Below are positions 49,914 through 60,971 of a DNA stretch of 64,000 nucleotides, piece after piece. The notes beneath the pieces were generated by a model. That model was not told where the DNA came from. It was given only the letters and a program-made list of their open reading frames with translations, and ran no database searches. Source of the DNA: Nitrospirales bacterium (GTDB lineage Bacteria; Nitrospirota; Nitrospiria; Nitrospirales; UBA8639); the NCBI GenBank assembly GCA_963555755.3, contig OY820905.2, positions 3,488,001 to 3,552,000 of the forward strand. Direction: 5' to 3'. The translations under genes and the position numbers were made by a program. Positions within the stretch are counted from its first letter, which is position 1, and each line of letters opens with the position of its first letter.

Positions 49914-51008
49914 TCACGAAGACTGGAAAACGGCTTCAATTTCTACGAGAAGATCGTTCCGACAAATATCCCCTTGCAGATAAAGAACTTCCAGAGAATT
50001 CCCAAGATGGTTGGTGACCATTTCCTCAATCTCGCAAAAGTGCTCACGATTTCTGATATACACTTTTGCTAGGGATTGCCTTGCTGCCAAACTACATGAA
50101 ACTGGGAATATTTCTTGGGCATGACGAACGACAGCATCGATGTTACGAAGAGTTTCCTGTGTTTGTTTGGTCGGGTTGCCTGAGTGTTGTGTGGCATGGC
50201 CTACGATACTTGCTGTTCCGGCGAGGAACAGGTGGTGATGGTCCCCGGCTATAGCCATGGTGGCTCTAGCAAAAGATGGGCTTTTCGGTCCATAAAGGTC
50301 AGGGTATTCATAGGCGCTCAGTTGGCGAGGGTTTTCGACATGATTGCCAGGTTGTTTGCCGGCCAGGAAATAAATCTGCAAAGACCCGCTAGGAGTTCCC
50401 ACGGCTGTGGCTGCAGGAAGAATGGCTTGGAATTCCTTTGTCCGGTAGGAAAAGGCTCGATGCCTCCCTTTACAAAACTGCTGATATCGCTCAAGACCAT
50501 GATTTGTGAGGTTAATTTCTGGGAAGTAATTCCACACACGAAAAAGATGAGGATAGCCCAGTTCCGAGATCTGATCCAAGATTAATTGATAGGTTTCACA
50601 AGTGAGATCTTCTAGCGAGAGCGCTGACGATTCCCATACTTGCACTGATCCAAAAAGATAATGTGGGTTGCAGGCAACTTGAAGTCCCTTTTCTTGGACA
50701 TACATAAAAGGATGCTCCCCCAACCACACTTCAACAATCGACTCCTTCTTGAATGGTCTCAGGGGTATGTTTGTTACCGGAATCTGATCCGTTTCTTGAC
50801 CAATAAAGGAAAGAGGTTCACCAAAGCAAACAAGTCCGGCAATGCAGTTTTGAGGGGATTGCAAAATGTCGGCAACCTGGGACACCTCAAGATGTCGGAC
50901 TTGAATGGGATAAAAAGCTGGCTTTCTTAATTCCCAGGCAAAGCGATTTGGCCTTGACTCGGAAGTAGCCTTCCCGGGACCATTGCCTGGAGATGGTTGC
51001 CTAGTCAA
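49914..51008 (-). CDS. chorismatase, FkbO/Hyg5 (XanB2 N-terminal) family
   Basis: RVWNY, ERYQQFCKGR, PAATAVG, ENPRQLSAYEYP..YGPKSPSFARA, GTASIVGH, DICRNDLLVEIE. Confidence 0.88.
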   Translation of the reverse strand: MTRQPSPGNGPGKATSESRPNRFAWELRKPAFYPIQVRHLEVSQVADILQSPQNCIAGLVCFGEPLSFIGQETDQIPVTNIPLRPFKKESIVEVWLGEHPFMYVQEKGLQVACNPHYLFGSVQVWESSALSLEDLTCETYQLILDQISELGYPHLFRVWNYFPEINLTNHGLERYQQFCKGRHRAFSYRTKEFQAILPAATAVGTPSGSLQIYFLAGKQPGNHVENPRQLSAYEYPDLYGPKSPSFARATMAIAGDHHHLFLAGTASIVGHATQHSGNPTKQTQETLRNIDAVVRHAQEIFPVSCSLAARQSLAKVYIRNREHFCEIEEMVTNHLGNSLEVLYLQGDICRNDLLVEIEAVFQSS

Positions 51009-51761
51009 AATACACCCCTTATGACCACATTACTAAATTCCCTGCTTCCTTAGTTTGTAGGTTTCAAAGTTATCGATAGAATCATGAGGTCGTAGGCCAA
51101 CTTAAAGAGGTCCAAAGGAAATCATGTTGGCGTGGTTCCAAAAATATCATCTGAAATCAAAAATGAAAAACCCAAAAAGTCGGGTTGGCAAAAAAGATTC
51201 TCTTTTCAATTCTAAAAACTGCGAATGTGTATACTGAGGAAAAGTAACCATTATTATCAAATTTTTCGGAAAAGGTGAAGGCTTGTTTGCCAAGATTTGA
51301 CTCATTTGTTGTGCCTCCGTTTTTTGATAACCAACGGGCAGCTGAAACCAAGGCTTCCCTTTTATACGTGAAGGGCTCTAGCCTTCCTTCTCATAAATTT
51401 GCACTCCTCGGCAATAATCTTTCTTCCTCTGAGGAAGTCGATTCATTGTAAAATCTCAAAAGTATTTTCATCTTGTGCTCAATATAGACCCCCAAATATT
51501 TGATGTATGCCATTGCCTCTTTATGAAATTGGCGAGTGAGTGGCATAAAACTTCTTTTGGAGGGGACCGTGTAATCATGAGGGAATACTTTGGGCATCTC
51601 ATGGGACCTCTTCCTAAATGAAAGAATTAGCCCTTGCCTTAATTTTTGAGTTATGAGGTAATGGCAGCCATAATTTTTGGGTTTTTCTTGGGGAACAGTA
51701 ACTTCCCTGATATGTAGACACAGGGTATAGTGGCAACTTTTTTTACTTTCAAGGAAATCTT

Positions 51762-52190
51762 ATGGACAAAAAATTTACTAGAAGTTCCCTATGTACTGGA
51801 CAGTTTCCCCATCCATCCCGCCATTCCTGCTTGGTTTTGGCATTGATTCTTTCCTTCTTGTTCCTCCCGGGCTGTGTATTTGTTCGAGGAAATGTAGGGG
51901 AAGCTTTCAAAGATGAAGATATCGCACTTATCCATAAGGGGAGTTCAACCCGGGAACGTGTGGCAATTCTCCTTGGCGCCCCCATAGAAATTCTGGACGT
52001 AAGCGGATATGAAATTTTTCACTATCGTCGCTTTGATAGTAAATTAGGATACTTCCTGTTTTTATCACGGATGAATATCACGAGTGATCATGTGTATGTA
52101 TTTTTTAATGAAAAAGGGATTGTGGAGGAACTGGTGTATGGGAAACGCAGTCCCAATCTCCAATTCCAAATATGGCCATTTGGGGAATAG
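51762..52190 (+). CDS. SmpA/OmlA-like lipoprotein
   Basis: LPGC lipobox; GSSTRERV..LLGAP, VFFNEKGIV. Confidence 0.75.
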   Translation: MDKKFTRSSLCTGQFPHPSRHSCLVLALILSFLFLPGCVFVRGNVGEAFKDEDIALIHKGSSTRERVAILLGAPIEILDVSGYEIFHYRRFDSKLGYFLFLSRMNITSDHVYVFFNEKGIVEELVYGKRSPNLQFQIWPFGE

Positions 52191-52197
52191 GTTAGTC

Positions 52198-52617
52198 ATG
52201 CACATGAATCGTCTCTCAGTAATTATTGGATGTCTTCTCCTGCCTTCACTTCTTATAGGTTGTGAATTTCGAAAAGTCGTTGTCAATGATCCCATCCGTC
52301 CAGAAGACGTGGCCTTTATCAAGTCTGGCAAGACTACAATGCAAGAAGTCGTGTCCCAATTGGGCGCCCCCGATGAAATTTTGGGGACCTCTGACCATCT
52401 TTGGTTTCAGTACCACTTTAAGACAACAAAGTTTTTAAGAATTGACTTTGGGGTGTTGCTTCGTCTTTGGAGCCCTGTGTCTCCTCCTCTGAGTATTGGC
52501 CAAAGTAATGCTGGTACGGATGTATTGTTGATTGCCTTTGACCCTAAGTGGGTCACCCAAGACCTGAACTTTCCTCCGTCCAATGAAACAGACAAAGTAG
52601 GTTTTTGGCCTTTTTAA
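52198..52617 (+). CDS. SmpA/OmlA-like lipoprotein
   Basis: LIGC lipobox; GKTTMQEVVSQLGAP, DVLLIAFD. Confidence 0.75.
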   Translation: MHMNRLSVIIGCLLLPSLLIGCEFRKVVVNDPIRPEDVAFIKSGKTTMQEVVSQLGAPDEILGTSDHLWFQYHFKTTKFLRIDFGVLLRLWSPVSPPLSIGQSNAGTDVLLIAFDPKWVTQDLNFPPSNETDKVGFWPF

Positions 52618-52902
52618 CGTTAAGAGTACATCAGAGCCAGGCAATCTTCTATTGGAGACCAATATAAGACCATGACTTTGAAGAAAAGATCTTTTAGCGA
52701 GGCATGAGTAGGAAGGAACGTCGGAAGTTCCCTATTTTGAATTTCAAGACAGTTGTATTGGTCACGTATTCTTGGGAACTGGGATAATAAGGTAGTTCCG
52801 AAATCGTGGCTGGAATTCGCATGAGATGAAGTCTCCCTCATACCCAATGAAGAGGCTAACCCCCTCATGCCTTCACTTTGTCCCGGGCACACAATAGGAA
52901 GG

Positions 52903-54805
52903 CAGGGCCATTTCATTCTTTTTATAAGCAAGGGATTCCATGAGTTTTTTTTGATCACTTTTTCAGGGCAGAGCCATGCGGATGGCTACATGGGGCTTGG
53001 CCCAGAGCCATCGAAACGCCTGCGCGATATTGGTTTGGCCTTTCACGCGTAAGAGACTGATGGCATAGCGTCGCAGACAGGTCATGACCATCGGGCCATT
53101 GAGCCGTCGGATCTGACTCCGGTCTTCATCAAAGGTGACATCCAACACATAATGCTGCTTATTCTCCACACTCCAATGCTTCCGGTTTTGCGAGAGGATT
53201 TTCTTCGGCGAGGCCTTCGCTGGTGACTGACTTGTGACTCCGCATACGGTATCTACCGTCGTGATGCCCTTCTTGAGATGCGCGACTTCCCTCTCAATGC
53301 AGAAGACTTGCTGCACATGGGGAAAGGTGACAGAGGCATTCAGGGAGTCGTCGCACCAGATCCTGCGGATCGTGATTCGCCCATGGCCCTTATCGGTCGT
53401 CTCATCATCACATCGTTGTGCGGTCAAATCCAAGGCCTCAATGTCGTGCTTCAAGGTCGGCTGGTTCCCCTTGACGGTGAAGACGAAGTCGGCCCCGCGT
53501 TCTTGCACAAGGTAATTTGCGATCTCTTTCTGGGTGAGGAGCGCATCCGCCGTGATGACCTTCCCTTCGATCTCCAGCTCATCTAATAAGGGACGCACGC
53601 AGGGGATCTCATTGGTCTTGGTGTCGACTTTTTTGGGGTGAGGTGGCGCCCCTCGTCATGGGTGACGGCGCTGAGGACATGGGTCTGTTCGCTCGGGACC
53701 TTCGAAGTCCCCCGCATGGTCTTGCCATCAATGGCGATGCCCTGATCCTCCCCCCCAAAGGTGTCCAGCCACCGGCCGAGCAGGGTGTCGACTTCCCAGG
53801 GGTCGACGGCCGAGATAAATCGGTAGAGTGTGCTGCGGCTCGGGACGAGGTAGCGGCCCCCTCGTTTGGTGCATCCCAGCCGCTTGCGCATCGTCTGAGA
53901 TAACTGCTGGGCCCAGTCCGAGATCGCTTCATAGCCATCGGCGCCGCACAAGGTGGCACAGAACATGATCGCGGTGAGGGCGCGTCGGGTGTGTCGTTGC
54001 CCTTGCAAATTGCGTGGATCGGTCAATTGCACCACATAGGTAAACAGGGAGTTCGTCTGCTTGGCATTCAATCGCATCTGAGGTACCTCTCCTTTCTGAT
54101 AGAGCGGCTCCAACATCGGGCGGGCCAGGATCGCTCGGGCTTGGGGATGCAGACTTCTGACCAGAATTCGTTTGGGGTGGTCATGCGGAACATACCGCGT
54201 ATTGGCCTTGCGAAACCCTCGGGTCAGCCCGAGCTCCTGCCACCCGGCGGCTCGATAGCAGGTCCCGGTGAAGCGGGCAGGATCGACGAAGGTTTCTAAG
54301 AGGAGCACGGGGTAGCCGTGGCACATTTGCCAATCAGCCGTGATCCGTTTCGTGCAGAGCGACAGGACTTTCGAGGCAAGGTTCTTTTGCGAACAGCCCG
54401 GCAGGATGAGAAACCGGGTGTTGTTGGCTAGTAAATGGAGGCGTTGCCAGTGAAAACAGGGGGGCCAGCCGATCCAGTGGTCGCGCGGTTTCGATTTGAG
54501 GGCCGCCGCCGCAAACACCAGCAAGGCCAGCCAGCGATCCTGCACACAGGCGAGGTATTGGATCGATGGGCCAATCAGCGGGGCAGACCCGAGGTAGTGA
54601 TGTCTGTCGAGCAGGGTCTTGAAGGTGTCCTTCTCGTCCCGGACAATTGGGCGAACCACCACTTGCCCCAGATCGATGTCCGGCTGTCCGCTTGGGGATT
54701 CGTCTGGCATGAAAAAGAGTATGCCTCAAACGAAAAGAAAAAGCCAGCCTAAATCGATTATTCCTTATTATTTATGAAGTTACACTCTAATATGAAATAG
54801 CCCTG
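52903..54805 (-). mobile_element. ISAs1-family element, copy 2 (diverged from copy 1)
   Basis: Same TIRs and organisation as 47972-49875, with many substitutions. Confidence 0.92.
52963..54710 (-). CDS. DUF4338-fused ISAs1 transposase, -1 frameshift at A6G
   Basis: AAAAAAG at 53628-53634; the shifted frame gives KVDTKTNEIPCVRPLL. Confidence 0.85.
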
Positions 54806-55876
54806 GCGTTGGTCGCACAGGACTACGCCCACCTAGTGTCCAGGCCCTATGTCTCCACGTTGAGTGGCAAAGAGGCCACAATCACTATTACCCGCAGCAA
54901 GTTTGTCGTGGTGAGCAAGCCTGAGGAAGGCGCATCGGTAATAGCCCTGAATCCCGTCGAAGCCGGCCTGATCTTGAAAGTCACACCAACAATCATGGCG
55001 CAAGGCTCGATTCGTTTAGTCATTAGTATCGAGGACTCCCAGTTTGTACCCACGGCATCTGCGGATCCGGGCAGTGTCACGATAGAAGTGTTTAAGAACA
55101 TGGGGACTACCGAGATGCAAGTGGTAAGTGGTGAAACGATCATCATTGGTGGTCTCACAAGGCATCAAGCAGCCAGGGCGAATTCCGGGATGCCCTGGTT
55201 ACGGCATGTGCCACTTTTCAAGTTGCTCTTTGCAAAACGGACTGAATTCAAATCCAATGACGAGGTCGTCATCTATTTGACGCCCTATGTCTTGGAGCCT
55301 AGCATGGAGACCCCTCTAGTTGCCCCCGATGCGTATGCCGTTCCCGAGGATCAAGGGGGACTGAGTCGTTTTGAACGATTTGGTCGCCCACCATCAGTTG
55401 AAAAATAATTACCGGACATTTTCCGTCCTCCAATCCCGAAAACCCCAATGCCCCTTCAAAATGGTTCCGAAACTCTCACTATGCAACCTGGCCATACGCT
55501 TGACCCTCAAGCCTTGTAGCGCACTCGCCGGATAAAAAAGTCTTGCCCCCCGGAGGTCTTCGAAGAAGGGAAGACCGGATCATGCAGAATGTAGGGTTCT
55601 GGCAGCACAATACGATCAGGTGCACATAAATTTATGGCACTCCTCGTGGGGTATGTCGCCTCTCCTTTTGAGCGAATGGCGTCGTCTTGTATTGTTAGGT
55701 CGCTGCAGCATCTCATGCTGCCTCTTCCTGGCGTCATAGCCCCTTGGTCCGTGGGAAGAGGGCACGATACGATCGTGCAGCGACACAAGCAAGAACGCTC
55801 ACAGGAAGCAACGCCATGGCCAAGAAACTCCATGTGGCCAGAATTGGATAGCGGTAGGATAGAACCATATATTCTG

Positions 55877-57905
55877 GTGCGACCAGGCAAGGCTGGTCTG
55901 ATGGGAAAGGAGGCTGCGATGACTCTTTGAAAATCAGTTCATGGTCCAGTGGGTGCAAAACCCACCCAACCAAAGCGGAGCCCGGCAGGGTGGTAGCAAG
56001 CCTTGCGCCAGCGCGGGTAACCGTTATGGCGATGCGTAGGCATGCGAGCGTATGGGCCGCAGGAAATGCAGCCTCGAAAAGTGGAATATCCTGGATGTCT
56101 AGGGGCTCGGAATCTCTGAAGACCACGGCGTCGTCGCCGGTATGGGGCAAGGCGGCGGGGCATCCGGCGGGGTGAACGACTGGGGCACGTACGAAGAGGA
56201 TGATCCAGGAACCTGGGAGGCCCTCATTTCTCCCTGGGAGATACCCGGTGCCACGGGGACCCGGTGACCACTCTCCGACGAACACGCGGACGCGGGTGCC
56301 TGCGTGACTCGGTGTAGAACAAGCACTCGCCTCAGGGTAGGCCGACGGCAAGGGGAACCGGAGCTGCGGCTGAGGGGGATGAGGGAGTCGGAGGGCGGCA
56401 TAGGAGCGACAACGTCGGGGAACGGGGTGGTGCCTGGACCGGACCGAGCAAAGGCTGCCCGTGTTGATAGGAACGTCAGGAGGGAACCATGACCAAGGCA
56501 TTGATGTGGGATTCCATGTCACCGGAACTTTTGACGGTAGCGGAACGAGCGAAACGGGAACCCGAAGGACGATTTCACGCCTTGGCCCATCTCATCGATG
56601 TGCCAGCTCTGACACGCGCCTACCGACGACTCCGCAGGAATGCCGCGGTAGGTGTGGATGGTATCACCAAGGAGCAGTATGGGCAGGAGCTGGAGCGGAA
56701 TCTCCAGGATCTGCATCACCGGCTGAAGACGAAGCGGTATCGTCATCAACCGATTCTCCGGGGATATGTGCCAAAGGGGCAGGGTCGGCACAGGCCGATT
56801 GGGATATCGGCGACAGAGGACAAAGTGGTCCAAGGGGCGCTGCGGGACGTATGGGAGGCCATATACGAGACGGAGGTTACCGATAGCTCGTATGGGTTTC
56901 GACCGAAACGCGGTGCGCATGACGCGCTTCGGACTTTGAACCGAGCGGGGCATGGTGGGGAAATGAACTGGATCGTGGAGGCGGACATCGTCTCGTACTT
57001 TGACAGCTTGGATCGCACCAAGCTGAAGGAGATGATTCAGAAACGGGTCGCCGATGGGGCGCTCATGCGGCTCATTGGCAAATGCTTGAATGTGGGCGTG
57101 CTGGACGGCGAGGTGTATTCCGAGCCGGACGTGGGCACGGCCCAAGGATCGGTCCTCTCCCCGCTCCTCGGGAACAGCTACCTCCATTACGTGCTCGATC
57201 TCTGGGTAGAATCCGAAGTGAAGCCACACCTCCGGGGGAAGTGCATCTTCGTCCGGTATTGTGATGACTTCATCTTTGGTTTCGAATGCCAGGACGATGC
57301 GGAGTGGGTGATGCTGCTGCTGGGAAAGCGGATGGGAACATATGGACTGACCCTCCATCCGGACAAGACTCGCCTGTTGTACTTTGGGCGACCGTTCAAG
57401 GGGCAGCAGGCAGGCAAGGGGCCGGCCAGTTTCGATTTCCTCGGGTTCACGCTGTAGTGGAAGCGGTCCCGATATGGACGCTGGATCTTGGCATTCAAGA
57501 CCCGAGGTGCACGCCTCACGCGGGCCATTCGGTCTGTGTACGACCGGTGCCGACGCCATCGGCACCGGTCGGTGAAGGAGCAGCACATGGCGCTCGGGAG
57601 GCACGTGCGCGGCCACATGAACTATTTTGGCGTGAACGGGAATATCCGTAGCCTGCATCTTCTTCTGGTGCAGGTTCAACGTGCCTGGTTCAAGTGGCTT
57701 CGGCGTCGCAGCCAACGGACGCGCCTCACGTGGGAGAGGTATCAGGACCTGTTACGGGACTTTCCTCTTCCCCGTCCACGGATCGTCGTCCAGATCTGGG
57801 GGCGGTAACCCGCGAGCCATATCAGCGGAGGAGCCGGATGGTCGAAATGTCCTTGTCCGGTTCTGGCGAGGGCCTCGGCTGGGTGACTGGCCGGGGCTAC
57901 TCTAC
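55877..57905 (+). mobile_element. group II intron
   Basis: 5' GTGCG; domain V GAGCCGGATG...GTCCGGTTC; domain VI ending CTACTCTAC; candidate EBS1 CGGAAT (56108-56113) pairs with exon end ATTCTG. Confidence 0.9.
56489..57808 (+). pseudogene. ltrA: intron reverse transcriptase/maturase with in-frame TAG (57455-57457); no endonuclease domain
   Basis: GVDG, RPIGI, SYGFRP, DIVSYFD, GTAQGSVLSPLL, RYCDD, HPDKT, FDFLGFTL*W; maturase GHMNYFG...WLRRRSQ. Confidence 0.88.
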
Positions 57906-57906
57906 T

Positions 57907-58315
57907 ATGATCCATCCTTACTCGCAGAGTCGGCCAGACCATCAGAATCGGAGACGACGTGTCCATTACCGTGCTCGGCGTTAAAGGCACTCAAGTAAAG
58001 GTCGGAATCAACGCACCAAAAACTCTTCCAGTACACCGCGAGGAAATCTACAGACGGATTCAGCGGGAGTTGAGCAGAAGCGGCAGAGTCAATCCCGCAA
58101 AAGCCATCAGGGGGTTGGTCAATATGGAAGAAGATGATTTCGATGAGTTCGTAGACACGGTTCAGGAAGTGACCAACAGGGGAATATCCATAGCTTGGAC
58201 ACCGGCTGGAAGCGACGACGTGTCGATCCAAACTCCTGTAGACGACGATGAAGCAAAATTGATCGAAGACATAGCCAGTCATATGGGCATCTCCATCATC
58301 AGTTGGGCATACTAG
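57907..58315 (+). CDS. csrA: CsrA-domain protein with C-terminal extension; ATG is out of frame by one base
   Basis: [46 protein letters not shown] from 57914; ATG at 57907 lies in another frame. Confidence 0.75.
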
Positions 58316-58488
58316 CCAAATCCGATTTGGAATGCTGCCGGGAGGTTGAGATAATTGTGGTGTGAAAGATGAGCGACAACATTCTTACGGAAGAGGCAAT
58401 GACTGCGCTTGATCGAGCCAAACAGATCGTCGCGGATATGGAAGAAATCAGCATCCCACACTCTGTCCGGGAAGAGTGTTCTGAGTTC

Positions 58489-58737
58489 TGTAGTAGTCGC
58501 GACTTAATCTGACAGTTACCGGTTAGAGTCGAGTGACTGTCAGGTCAAGTTTAAGCGATCAACTTTTCCCTCCAGATTTGTTTGCCGTCTTCCAATGTTT
58601 CCATCGGTGTTCGACCACAACACATCTTACCCTGATGAGTTCGTTGCGTGTTGTATTTCACCAGCCACTTAACCAAGTCAACCTGAAGCAATTCTAGATC
58701 GCCGTAGAGCTTCCTGCGGAAAGTGACCTGGCAAAAG
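58489..58737 (-). mobile_element. IS481-family remnant (transposase C-terminus and one end)
   Basis: Minus-strand QVTFRRKLY..LQVDL..W...YNTQRTHQGKMCCGRTPMETL; terminal TGTAGTAG. Confidence 0.8.
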
Positions 58738-58844
58738 GTCTTTTTGACGCCTTCCGCCCCTATCGGGACGGCAAAGGAGCCACCAACTTCAACTCATGTT
58801 TTTAGCAATGAATGGGACATCCCCTTCGTCTCAACCCGTTCGAA

Positions 58845-59333
58845 TCACCAGCTCACGGTGCCCCGCGACTTGCACCGGTTGTTGTTGAGGCTCGTGCCGC
58901 CCGAGCTGAATTTCGCACCCTTTTTAATTCCGTATTTGTAGTATAGCCGGCTACTCTTGCGGCAGCTCTTGGTGTCGCCTCCCTGTATCTCGATCACGAG
59001 CCAGACCTCGTCTCCTTCGTTGGGCCAATCATCGTATACATCAAGCTCGCAATATGCCTTCTGGCCACCGTTGTACCAGTTTTTCTCTCCATCGAAGAAC
59101 GAGGAGCCGATCTCCTTTGTGCACTTGGCACCGTATGTCTTCACGTTGCCAGTGTCCTGGTCCTTTACTTTGATCTTGACATGCGCTCTATAGGAACCGT
59201 TGTTCTTCCATTGCAAAAGCGATACCTGGTCTGCTAGAGCGACGCTGGCGGGCACCAGCAGGATCATCGTCACAACCAGCATCAGGCACCAGTTGACCGA
59301 CCCTGTCATGCGGTTCTTGTGTGTATTCATCAC
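58845..59333 (-). CDS. exported hypothetical protein
   Basis: AAGGAG RBS, signal peptide ending ALA-D, four Cys in the mature part. Confidence 0.7.
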   Translation of the reverse strand: MMNTHKNRMTGSVNWCLMLVVTMILLVPASVALADQVSLLQWKNNGSYRAHVKIKVKDQDTGNVKTYGAKCTKEIGSSFFDGEKNWYNGGQKAYCELDVYDDWPNEGDEVWLVIEIQGGDTKSCRKSSRLYYKYGIKKGAKFSSGGTSLNNNRCKSRGTVSW

Positions 59334-59594
59334 CTTCTCCTTAGTGAAAATGTGAGTGTGTGCTTAATGTTAGTTGGAATTTGAAGCGGCTCCCCCACCT
59401 GTGGTGAGATGGCGTTCGACAAAGAATCGGCATCTCGTCAACAGAACAAAGGAGCCACTTCATGAGCAGTATTGCGGAAATCAAGAGACGAAGCAAGAAG
59501 GAGTCTCTTCCAATATGAAATGATACTGAAGGGAGAGCATGATTCTACCATGAAATGATACTGAACAGGGTCCGGGTTCTGTTCATGATGAGGA

Positions 59595-60848
59595 ATGCAC
59601 ATCATCATGAACGACACAACAATCAAGACCATCGAACACGTTCGTCAATTTCTCAACGGGGTCGGAGCCATTGAATGCAGTATTGAAGGTAAGGATGCCC
59701 GTTATGCCTGGATTCAGACCCTGTTGCTCCGTTTCCACTACCACCAGCTCGGCAAAGCCGAGAAGGGGCGCCTGCTGGACTTTCTCCAGAAGGTCAGCGA
59801 CTATTCCCGGATCCAGGCCAAACGGTTGAGTCAGCAGGACCTCCAAACCGGCCAACTCCAACGGCGTCAGCGCACCGTCCAAGGGTTTCGCTGCACCTAT
59901 ACGCTAGCGGACATCCGGTTGGTGGCGCAGACCGATGAGCTGCACGGCACGCTCTCGGGGCCAGCCACCAAGAAGCTGTGTGAGCGTGCCTGGATGCGCT
60001 TTGGGCAGTCCGAGTACCACCGGTTGGCTGGCATCTCCGTGAGCTACCTGTATGTCCTACGGCACAGCTCCAGTTCCCCACATGTTTGCCAGCACTTCGA
60101 CAAGACCCGCCACACGGGCTCCAGTCTCGGCGAGCGTCGGCAACCCCAGCCCAATGGCCAGCCAGGATATCTGCGAGTGGATACGGTCCACCAGGGCGAT
60201 TTCGATGGCGTGAAGGGGGTCTCCCCTATTAACGCCGTCGATGAAGTGACGCCGTTCGAAATCGTCTGGTCGGTAGAGAACATCAGTGAACGGTACCTGA
60301 TTCCCGTGTTGGCAGACCTCCTCGATCAATTTCCGTTTGTGATTCTCGCCTTCCATGCCGATAACGGCTCGGAGTATATCAACACGCACGTGGTCACAGT
60401 GCTCAACAAACTGCTGATCGAACTGACCAAATCCCGTGCTCGACACTGCAACGACAATGCCTTAGTGGAAAGTAAGAACGGGGCGATCATTCGGAAACAG
60501 CTGGGTTACGTCCACATTCCCCAACAGTGGGCGCCCCAGCTCAAGGCCTTCCATCGCGACCACCTCAATCCCTACATTACCTTTCACCGGCCCTGTTTTT
60601 TCCCGGTCGTACTCATTGACGCCAAGGGCAAAGCTCGGAAGCGGTATCCCTACGAGGCCATGATGACCCCCTATGACAAATTCACATCCTTGCCCAAGCC
60701 GGCGCAATACCTCAAACCAGGAAGGACCCTTCAACAACTCGACGCCTTGGCCACGGCGAGCAGCGATACTGAGGCCGCCAAACAATTGAACGCGGCCAAG
60801 CTGAAACTCTATCAACGCATCTTTGAACAGAAACATCGGACGGCCTGA
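59595..60848 (+). mobile_element. rve/integrase-core transposase (ISNCY-like), probably decaying
   Basis: PGYLRVDTVHQGD, FHADNGSEYIN, TKSR..H.NDNALVESKNG, TPYDK. Confidence 0.82.
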
Positions 60849-60971
60849 TGACTCAGATGCATGGCACGTCTCGACTCCCGGCTTTCAGTGTCATTTATGG
60901 ATTAGAAAATGCTAGGATGCGCATGTTCAGGCTATTCTATCCGGCCACCAGGTGTGGGTAACCATGACGCC

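Larger units (their letters stand above)
47972..54805. mobile_element. composite transposon bounded by two ISAs1-family copies
   Basis: 9-bp TSD GCGTTGGTC at 47963-47971 and 54806-54814; inner IS flanks do not match each other. Confidence 0.85.
47006..55408 (+). pseudogene. lipoprotein secretin (GspD/PilQ-like) split by a composite transposon
   Basis: LVGC lipobox; N part to IEALV (47971); C part AQDYAHLVSRP..TLSGKEATI...GETIIIGGL...PWLRHVPLFKLLF. The halves rejoin in frame. Confidence 0.88.

Noticed and set aside
51010..51760. Short ORFs in the AT-rich cargo spacer
   Set aside because: No clear RBS or motif; cannot be supported.
48653..54710. Druantia anti-phage system
   Set aside because: DUF4338 lies inside IS ends fused to a transposase; no DruE helicase or other dru genes are present.
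46192..57457. Amber recoding (two in-frame TAGs at likely Tyr positions in IS256 and the intron RT)
   Set aside because: TAG ends ordinary genes here (gcvP, priA), and both elements show other signs of decay, so nonsense mutation is simpler.
56519..57715. 398-aa antisense ORF
   Set aside because: Shadow of the GC-rich RT gene with no recognisable motif.
56489..57808. Retron, DGR or defence-associated reverse transcriptase
   Set aside because: Flanking GTGCG start, domains V/VI and a maturase domain identify a group II intron.
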